Positions 56,966 through 64,000 of a stretch of DNA of 64,000 nucleotides are shown piece by piece. Position numbers and translations under genes: made by a program. Every line of letters starts with the position of its first letter. Position 1 is the first letter of the stretch. Source of the stretch: Myxococcota bacterium (GTDB taxonomy: Bacteria > Myxococcota_A > Polyangia > Polyangiales > Houyiibacteriaceae); the NCBI GenBank assembly GCA_039030515.1, contig JBCCEA010000021.1, positions 1 to 64,000 of the forward strand, written 5' to 3'. The notes under the pieces were generated by a model, which did no database searches, was not told where the DNA came from, and worked only from the letters and a program-made list of their open reading frames with translations.

Positions 56966-58342
56966 CTAGTCTGGCTGAAAAAGAATGTTCTGAGTCGGGT
57001 CTGAGTCGTAAAACATCGGTATACGGTCAAAAGTGATCGCCCCAAATGTGTTCACGATGATTGCAAATACCGCAAGCGCCCAAAACCCAGAGCGGAGCGT
57101 GCGGCGAGACACTGCGATAAGCACGAACACCAAGATCAGATAGTCGAGCGCGAATCGGTATCCAAACTGTGCCCAGCCGCTATTCTGATAGCAGAGGTTG
57201 GTGAGCGCTATCGGCACGATGGAAAGCGCCGCAGTCGTGTAGAGTCCAGAACGAATCTTCGGAAAGAGTGCGAACAGCAGTCCAGGCGTAGTAAACCAAA
57301 GTGCGAGGCCGTGACGTCCTATCTTCAAAAAAGGCGGCTCGGAGCTCAGCCACGGCAGGGATGAAGAGAAGACGGCCAGATTCTTGGCCAGGAAATGATA
57401 GTTAAAAAGACCCCATTTTTCGATTCGATAACGCCAGCGGATCTGTAGATAGCTATGGCCAAACTCAAATGGATCGTCGAAACGAAGCGCATTGATCCCC
57501 ATGGCGATCACTGCCACGATCACTACTGGAATACTGAAAATAGCAAGCTTCCTTAGCACCTGTTTCCAGCACACGGAACGCAAAAACCGATAGAGCTTCC
57601 GCTCCCAGGGAACTTCGAACTGATTTTCTTGACCGTCGTAGGCTTCCGCCTGACCCTCATGTCGCGTCGCCGCTCGAAGTGATTCCAGCCCAAAAAAGAG
57701 CGCCAGCAGCGCAGTCGTGGGGCGGGTCATGAAACATGCCGACAAGACTAGACCAGCCAAAAACGGATGCTGCGCATCGATGGAAAAAAAGACAAAGAGA
57801 ACCAAGAGGGCACAGGCAACCGCATGCGCCGCAAACCAGACGGTGCCTTGTACTGCCGTGAAGAAATAAACCGTTCCCAACGCGAAAAGGACAGTGAGCC
57901 CCAGATTTTCCAACGTACTTAGTCGCGATCGCCCCGTCTCTGAGAGGCGGCGAAGCAGCATAAAGAGAAGCGCGGGCGCGAACGCAGCGACGATCGCCCA
58001 TACGAGCCGGTCCGGAAATTCTACCCCGCCCACCATCGCCACGATGGGAACAAGGAGTACGGCAGGAAACGGCGGAAACGAGACGTACCATCGGTACCGC
58101 TCGCCCCCCACGCGAAAGTTGTTTTGTGGGCACGGACCTCGCTCTTCGGTGTCGAAGCAGGCCCAGTCGTTGGTTCCATCCGGTCGATTTCCGACTGCGT
58201 GCCACTGCCCATGAAGCCAGCTTTCCGCGAGGTGCGAAAAATGATCGTCTGCGGAGGTCTGCAGAGCGCGCGCGCCGAGAGTAGCGACATAGATCGAAGC
58301 GGCTAAGGCAAAAACAGCGGTGGGGATGCGCATCCGGAACAT
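56966..58342 (-). CDS. Polytopic membrane protein, GT-C glycosyltransferase-like
   Basis: LA.SWL.G, W....PP.PA, G.VW, TRP, N..RF..PFEFG, QFGYRF.LD motifs; about 10 TM. Confidence 0.65.
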   Translation of the reverse strand: MFRMRIPTAVFALAASIYVATLGARALQTSADDHFSHLAESWLHGQWHAVGNRPDGTNDWACFDTEERGPCPQNNFRVGGERYRWYVSFPPFPAVLLVPIVAMVGGVEFPDRLVWAIVAAFAPALLFMLLRRLSETGRSRLSTLENLGLTVLFALGTVYFFTAVQGTVWFAAHAVACALLVLFVFFSIDAQHPFLAGLVLSACFMTRPTTALLALFFGLESLRAATRHEGQAEAYDGQENQFEVPWERKLYRFLRSVCWKQVLRKLAIFSIPVVIVAVIAMGINALRFDDPFEFGHSYLQIRWRYRIEKWGLFNYHFLAKNLAVFSSSLPWLSSEPPFLKIGRHGLALWFTTPGLLFALFPKIRSGLYTTAALSIVPIALTNLCYQNSGWAQFGYRFALDYLILVFVLIAVSRRTLRSGFWALAVFAIIVNTFGAITFDRIPMFYDSDPTQNILFQPD

Positions 58343-58490
58343 GCGCTGGCGAAATCGCGACACGGCGGCGAAGAGTAGTCGGGTGCGACATCTTAGGCGA
58401 GTGCCTGCATCAACTATCGCGGGGATCGGTAATACACCGTACCCGGTCACTTCTTGACGCGTGCACGGTCACGCCCCATATCGAAACGCC

Positions 58491-59591
58491 ATGCCGAATG
58501 CGGATGCAGTCACCGCTGCCATCGGAAAAGTACACGATCCTATCTTTGAACGACCGCTTGAAGAACTGGGTACGGTGGGGGCGGTTGAGGTGGAGGGTGA
58601 GACCGCAACCGTTGAAGTACGGGTAAGCTCACCGAGCGATCAGACGAAAACACTGCTGCATGGGCGTATCGCGGCAGCCCTTGAACCTTTGGGCATCACC
58701 CAGTTGGTCTTGAATCTGGACGTGCGGGTCCCAACTCGCGAAACGACCAGCTCCGATCCAATCCCGGACGTCAAAAACGTGATCTTAGTGATGAGCGGCA
58801 AGGGGGGCGTCGGCAAGAGTACGGTTGCGGCCAACTTGGCACTGGCACTCAAGCGATCGGGAACCCGGGTTGGACTGCTCGACGCCGACATTTACGGGCC
58901 CTCAGTTCCGACCATGCTCGGCATAATGGGTCATCCGCAAACCGCCGACGGCAAATCGATAGAGCCTCTACAGCGATTCGGCGTAAAACTCATGAGCATC
59001 GGGTTTCTGCTCGAGGACGACAAGCAAGCGGTGGTCTGGCGGGGACCGATGCTCCACGGAGCACTGCAACAGTTCATCTCCGACGTAGCGTGGGGCGCAC
59101 TCGACTACCTGATTTTGGATCTGCCGCCGGGAACTGGGGACGTTGCCCTTACGCTCGCTCAGAAATGCCGACTCACGGGCGCAGTGATCGTGACGACGCC
59201 CCAGGAAGTTGCGCTCCAGGACGTCTACAAATCGGTCAGCATGTGCACCAAGCTCGACATACCGGTGCTCGGGATCGTCGAGAACATGAGCTACTTTATG
59301 GACAGCGCAGGCGTGCGACATGAGCTGTTTGGAGCTGGCGGCGGTCGCGCAGTCGCGGAATTTTCAGGAGCACCGCTTCTTGGGCAGATACCGATCGATC
59401 TGGAAGTGCGCACCTGGGGCGACGATGGAACTCCGGTCGTTCAAGCGGCGCCCAACTCTGACGCGGCAAAAGCGCTGCTCGAGATCGCCGAGGCGCTCAC
59501 CTCTGAGGTCGCTCGTTCCCACGATGCGCGATCCGAAAGCGCCCAAGCCCCGAAGGACTCCGGACCGAAACGGCTACGGATTCTGCGGTAG
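58491..59591 (+). CDS. mrp: Mrp/ApbC (NBP35) Fe-S cluster carrier ATPase
   Basis: SGKGGVGKST, DADIYGPS, WRGPM, DLPPGTGD, VTTPQ, ENMS. Confidence 0.93.
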   Translation: MPNADAVTAAIGKVHDPIFERPLEELGTVGAVEVEGETATVEVRVSSPSDQTKTLLHGRIAAALEPLGITQLVLNLDVRVPTRETTSSDPIPDVKNVILVMSGKGGVGKSTVAANLALALKRSGTRVGLLDADIYGPSVPTMLGIMGHPQTADGKSIEPLQRFGVKLMSIGFLLEDDKQAVVWRGPMLHGALQQFISDVAWGALDYLILDLPPGTGDVALTLAQKCRLTGAVIVTTPQEVALQDVYKSVSMCTKLDIPVLGIVENMSYFMDSAGVRHELFGAGGGRAVAEFSGAPLLGQIPIDLEVRTWGDDGTPVVQAAPNSDAAKALLEIAEALTSEVARSHDARSESAQAPKDSGPKRLRILR

Positions 59592-59689
59592 GCCGACGGA
59601 AGAGCGGGGCGGCAACCCACAGTGCGCACCGATCAAACAGTTCACACCGATCAAAAGAGGTGCGCGTTCTTGCAACTTCGATGCACACT

Positions 59690-60379
59690 CTACGTAGCCG
59701 AGATGAGCCGGATTCGAAAAATGCAGGAACCGTCTGCACCATCTGCTTCGAGGGAGGCCCCGATGGCGTCCGCGACGATCTTGGCCGCAAACAAACCCGC
59801 CACCCGTCCGTAGCGACCGTCAGGCCGAGTCTTGATCACCTGCTGCGCTTCGAGCTCGAATACCGTAGCCCGCAGGTCCTCACCGACCGAACGACCCTCG
59901 TCTTGAACCTCAACCACGATATGCGCGGCGTCTCGGTACGCTCGGACGATCACTTCTCCGTGACGCGCATGACGTTCCGAGTTGGCCAGCAAAATCTCCA
60001 GCAGTTTGGGTAGCGCGCCGCCTCCTTTGGCACGCAGCCCCGCGGGTAGCGACTCGACTCGAAGGCGAAGCATGCCGAATTTGGACGTAGCCCCTGCCAC
60101 CGCTGGAGCCACCTCGGCATCGGAACGCAGGGTGGGCGCCTCGCCGGCAATCCATCGCGCCAGCCAAGATACCTGCTCGAACCCCCGCATGAGGTCGACA
60201 ACGGCCGAACGCATATCGTCGAGGGCTTCGCGAATATCCTCTACGGCATCCTCTGGAGGAGGGGTTCCGACGTCGCGCAGAAACTCGACGTTGGCTCCCA
60301 AGGTAGCCGCGGGATTTCGAAGATCGTGCACGATAAGACCGACCAACCGACCGACCTCTGATGACAGCGACTCACTCAC
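59690..60379 (-). CDS. Sensor-less HisKA + degenerate HATPase protein
   Basis: HDLRNP H-box; G1 reads DEGRS and G2 reads GRVAGL instead of DxGxG and GxGLGL. Confidence 0.7.
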   Translation of the reverse strand: MSESLSSEVGRLVGLIVHDLRNPAATLGANVEFLRDVGTPPPEDAVEDIREALDDMRSAVVDLMRGFEQVSWLARWIAGEAPTLRSDAEVAPAVAGATSKFGMLRLRVESLPAGLRAKGGGALPKLLEILLANSERHARHGEVIVRAYRDAAHIVVEVQDEGRSVGEDLRATVFELEAQQVIKTRPDGRYGRVAGLFAAKIVADAIGASLEADGADGSCIFRIRLISAT

Positions 60380-60548
60380 TTGCCTACTCCTCTCCTCACA
60401 CTGGCGCCTCTGAGCGGCCGACTTCCCGCAAGAGCGTCATCGGTGCCTCTCATCCATCTCAGCACACCGTCACGCATGCTTTTTTCATCAAACGCCGCTG
60501 CATCGTTCATCGAACACGGCCACGTTCTGCATACGCCGCTACGTTGGG

Positions 60549-61898
60549 TCAGGGAAACGTGTATACGCTGTCCTCTCCAAAGAGTTCTATCAAGGACCCG
60601 ATCCAAGTCAGAATGGTCTGACGACGTTCCAGCACATCCTCGATCTGAGCATCACTGAGCAGAGCTCCCGATAGGGGACCGGCGTCCTCGAGCGCGAGGC
60701 GCAATCTGCGTTTAGAAAGCCTAGCAAGCCGGGTGACGAATCGACGACTAAAGCGCTGAACGCGCAGCACGTGCCGCAAGATACGTGCATGCAGACGCTC
60801 ATTGAGCGGTTCATAGAAGGCGGAGTTGTGGTCGCGAATGTAAAGCCGCTCACCGCTGGGCAAACCCTGCACGTTTCCTCCGCTGAACCGATCCCAATTC
60901 CCGATCAGGTAGTCGAACGCGATCATGCTTGAGAGATCTGCGGCTAGCGCGGCTTGTTCCGCTGGGAGATCGTGGGTTTGGTTGAGCCATCGGGACCATT
61001 CACGCATCCGTGATGGCGACTCCAACCCCAACTCGCGCATCCGGGGAATCCAGTAGATAAGCGCTCCGTCAACGTCACCCGAGGACTGCAGGACCAAATC
61101 GTCTGCCAGGTCGTCCCAGGTCTCCCGAAACGATGGATCCAGCTGAGCGTGGATGCGATTCACCGAAACCTTCGCCGCTATAGCCGGCGGAACACTGTCC
61201 ATGCCTAGAAGGCGTGCCATGCGGTAGGCCGCGATTTCAGCTCGATGGCCTCGAGGATGCTCGCGCGTTGCCGGTTTGAAGGCGGCGTCGACATCGACGT
61301 CCCCAAGATACACGCGAAAGACCACGCTCGTCGTACCCACCGGTTTGAATCTTCGACTCTGACCTCGACGCAAATCCGAAACGATCGATCGATGAAACTT
61401 GGGCGCGACGCCCAGCATGGGGAGTCCCTCTTCAGTCTGAAGACCCAGGGCACTCCGCCAGCGACTACCTTGAGAAGAGCCGCCGTGACCGGAATTACTC
61501 GAAGCAGAATCTCGCGAAACAGCCGGGTCTCGCGAAACAGCCGGGTCTCGCGAAACAGAATTGCTTGGATCGGGTTCACCCGGCCCTACGTCTCGCGGAA
61601 CAAAACCCTGTGGCGTCACGCTCTCTTGAGGTTCCGGGAGGGTTTCAGAGGTCGATCCGGCAGGTGTCGATCCAGCAGGGGTCGATCCAGCAGGAGTCGA
61701 TCCAGCAGAGCTCGGCCGGGCGGAGGGTGCCTGCGCGAGGACGGATCGAGGCGCCAATATGCTGTGAATTGGCGGGTTGCCCCAGTCGGCGAACAGCTCC
61801 GAAACGCATGCGAGCGCCACGAACCCCACAAGCCCCATGAACCCCACGAGCCCCGTGAACGATAGAAGGGGTTTGGGTCGCCCAGACCGAGCACGCAT
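60549..61898 (-). CDS. Membrane-anchored atypical kinase, Fam20C/four-jointed-like
   Basis: AAFKP, AEIAAYRMARLLG...VPP, GALIYWIP, M.AFDYLIGNWDR, IRDH..AF; N-terminal hydrophobic helix and repeat linker. Confidence 0.7.
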   Translation of the reverse strand: MRARSGRPKPLLSFTGLVGFMGLVGFVALACVSELFADWGNPPIHSILAPRSVLAQAPSARPSSAGSTPAGSTPAGSTPAGSTSETLPEPQESVTPQGFVPRDVGPGEPDPSNSVSRDPAVSRDPAVSRDSASSNSGHGGSSQGSRWRSALGLQTEEGLPMLGVAPKFHRSIVSDLRRGQSRRFKPVGTTSVVFRVYLGDVDVDAAFKPATREHPRGHRAEIAAYRMARLLGMDSVPPAIAAKVSVNRIHAQLDPSFRETWDDLADDLVLQSSGDVDGALIYWIPRMRELGLESPSRMREWSRWLNQTHDLPAEQAALAADLSSMIAFDYLIGNWDRFSGGNVQGLPSGERLYIRDHNSAFYEPLNERLHARILRHVLRVQRFSRRFVTRLARLSKRRLRLALEDAGPLSGALLSDAQIEDVLERRQTILTWIGSLIELFGEDSVYTFP

Positions 61899-61932
61899 CT
61901 TCCCGAATCCTTTCTCCCTCAGGTTCGATATC

Positions 61933-63081
61933 TTACCGCGCACCCGCGAGAATATTCCTTGCGATAACCATCCGCTGTATCTGAGAAGTCCCCTCATAAA
62001 TCTGTAAAATCTTCGCGTCTCGCATTAATTTTTCTACGGGATAGTCCTCTATATATCCGGCGCCTCCAAATACCTGCACCGCATCGGTCGCTACCTCCAT
62101 CGCGCTGTCGCCTCCAAAGGCCTTGCTGTACGAAGCGATCAACGAATTCTTCGACCCCCTGTCGACCAGCCAGGCGGCCTTGTGCACGAGAAGCCGGGTG
62201 GCCTCATAGCGTATGGCCATATTGCTGATCATCGACTGCACCATTTGGTGCTCCGCAATGGGCACGCCAAACGAGGTGCGCTCTTTTGCGTACGCGACAC
62301 TCTCGTCAAGCGCTCTTCGCATGAGACCACACGCACCCGCTCCAATATCTGGCCTGGTGCGATCAAAGGTGGACATCGCGAGCTTGAATCCATACCCCTC
62401 TTCCGCAAGCACGTTCGCCGCTGGAACCTTCACGTCCTCAAAGAGAATGGTCGCGGTATCGCTGGCACGCTGACCCATCTTGCGCTCTTTTTTACCGACC
62501 CGAACTCCTGGAGCATCCGCATCGACCACAAACGCCATGATGCCGCGATGCCTTTGCTCGGGATCTACGGTCCCAAAGACGACAAAAAAGCGAGCCCATG
62601 ACCCGTTGGTGATGTAGCACTTTTGCCCGTTGAGCACCCACTCGTCACCGTGCTTGCGCGCGCGAAGCTGAATGCCCGCTGCATCCGATCCCGCAGCAGG
62701 CTCGGTCAACGCATACGCAGCGTAGGTTGGCTCACTCGCCAAGAGCCCGAGATACTTTTTTTGTAGTTCCGTTTTGCCGGCAAGCTGGATCGGCGTTGCC
62801 GCCAGCATCGTACAGGTAATGCTGGTTTGGATACCGGTACACCCGTAGGCCAGCTCCTCCGTGAGCAAGACGTGGTCGAGTTCAGAAAGCCCGATGCCCC
62901 CGTACTCGGAGGGAATTAAGGGAGCCACCAACCCGAGCTCAAAGGCTTCGTCGTAGACGCTCTTGGGAAAAGAAGCGTCTCGATCCGAGGCGGCCGCGAT
63001 CGGAATGATCCGATCTCGTACGAAGCGACGAACCGTGTGTACCAAATGATTTTGCTCGTCTGTCAGCGCAAAATCCAACAT
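61933..63081 (-). CDS. Acyl-CoA dehydrogenase
   Basis: YALTEP.AGSD, LNGQK.YITNG, KMGQRAS.T, R..FG.PI, QVFGG.GY..DYPVEK..RD.KI.QIYEGTSQIQR. Confidence 0.96.
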   Translation of the reverse strand: MLDFALTDEQNHLVHTVRRFVRDRIIPIAAASDRDASFPKSVYDEAFELGLVAPLIPSEYGGIGLSELDHVLLTEELAYGCTGIQTSITCTMLAATPIQLAGKTELQKKYLGLLASEPTYAAYALTEPAAGSDAAGIQLRARKHGDEWVLNGQKCYITNGSWARFFVVFGTVDPEQRHRGIMAFVVDADAPGVRVGKKERKMGQRASDTATILFEDVKVPAANVLAEEGYGFKLAMSTFDRTRPDIGAGACGLMRRALDESVAYAKERTSFGVPIAEHQMVQSMISNMAIRYEATRLLVHKAAWLVDRGSKNSLIASYSKAFGGDSAMEVATDAVQVFGGAGYIEDYPVEKLMRDAKILQIYEGTSQIQRMVIARNILAGAR

Positions 63082-63309
63082 CGACGACTCCTTCCTTGTT
63101 TCAGCCTTGCTGATTTCAGCATTTCTGTCTGGCTAGAATCGCGATGTTAACCCCTGCGTCGACGACCGCTAGAACTATCGCCTTCGTTCACGTTCACGGC
63201 GCTCCATTTCGTCGCGAGCAGCTCTTGCCCCCATCCGAAACCCCAGCGCAACACCCACCAAAAGCGCACATGGAATGTAAATAACATGCGCGAACGAGGG
63301 GAGATCCAA

Positions 63310-63753
63310 CTAGTCTTCCTCTCGTTCATCAGGCTCTTTTGAAGCGAGAATCGCTTCCAGATCGCTGAGTCGCACAGCGGTCTTTGACTGAATGGAGCCG
63401 AGGCGAATCACGTAGCCTAGAAGAAGAAAAAAAACGATTCCGTACGCGGAAACAAGCAATATGCCGCCGGGAATTGACTCTGTTTGAGGCCCTGAAACCG
63501 CACGAAAGGCCGCGGCGCGACTGTCTCCCGGCGTCTCTTTTTCGAGTAGTCCATCTTCCTTTTGCGCAGACTTATCGCGAAGAGCAGGCGCTTCCTGCGC
63601 CGACACTCGAGCTTGGCCGGAAGGGTTGCAGGTGAAGAGGCTGCCGAGCACAAACAGGGCGAGGGCGCCAGACCATAGACCCGACCGCAGAGGAGACAGT
63701 CGTAGGGCCGTCTTCTGTAGATCACCGAAAGCCGCACAAAAGACACGGTTCAT
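63310..63753 (-). CDS. CcmD-like heme exporter subunit with N-terminal extension
   Basis: C-terminal L..AY...F..L.GY...L TM plus coiled tail; directly after ccmC. Confidence 0.55.
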   Translation of the reverse strand: MNRVFCAAFGDLQKTALRLSPLRSGLWSGALALFVLGSLFTCNPSGQARVSAQEAPALRDKSAQKEDGLLEKETPGDSRAAAFRAVSGPQTESIPGGILLVSAYGIVFFLLLGYVIRLGSIQSKTAVRLSDLEAILASKEPDEREED

Positions 63754-63757
63754 GCCT

Positions 63758-64000
63758 TTACCTTTCCTCGAAAAGTCCTTGCTGAACCGCAAAAGACTGA
63801 AGGGCTTCCACTCTCGCCCGGTTGCTCTCGATGCGCGCTCGGGTCCAGATAAGCCAAGTAACCAAAGCGGTAAACGCTAGAAAACTCAGCGCCAAAGCGA
63901 GCCACATGGCCGCATCTAGACCTCCACCTTGGCTTGTGATCACCGTAGGATGCTGTCCGCGCCATAAATCGACGCTCTTGTGGATGATCGGGAGGACACA
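63758..64000 (-). CDS. ccmC: Cytochrome c biogenesis heme lyase/exporter CcmC, 3' end only (runs off the window)
   Basis: Hand translation ..CVLPIIHKSVDLWRGQHPTVI.. matches the CcmC PII..SV.WW..HP motif, followed by a TM helix. Confidence 0.75.
   Translation of the reverse strand, partial: CVLPIIHKSVDLWRGQHPTVITSQGGGLDAAMWLALALSFLAFTALVTWLIWTRARIESNRARVEALQSFAVQQGLFEER

Overview
Gene-dense, mostly housekeeping chromosomal window. Gene content points to a Myxococcota (probably Polyangia-like) bacterium: MXAN_5187-type protein, TSP3 beta-barrel, J-domain/TPR protein, extra Hsp70, MYXO-CTERM-like tail. About 55 CDS are supported, including pcnB, a dnaK paralog, xth, hflX, ttcA, hisD, radC, rpmH (missed by the ORF track), rnpA, yidC, jag, rsmG, a PBP1A, an ECF sigma/anti-sigma set, uvrD/pcrA, pspA, a DprE1/DprE2-like pair, metK, nadB, mrp and the end of ccmC. 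I saw no rRNA, tRNA, CRISPR array, transposase or prophage. Most notable: (1) an unannotated family of ~110-127 bp nested-hairpin repeats (two clusters, ~10 full or partial copies) whose sequence diverges while pairing is kept by compensatory changes, strand-specific G-U/G-T pairs and tandem G-A pairs; (2) a membrane-anchored, probably extracytoplasmic kinase carrying the motifs of eukaryotic secretory Fam20C/four-jointed kinases; (3) a triple-DsbA gene followed by a RegB-like, Cys-cluster sensor and a sigma54 activator with a RegA-like HTH; (4) an ECF sigma gene whose perfect Shine-Dalgarno and GTG are thrown out of frame by a 4-bp tandem duplication; (5) a degenerate AblB-like tandem GNAT upstream of a CesT/YbjN-PspA pair. 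All family calls are by-eye motif recognition; no searches were run.
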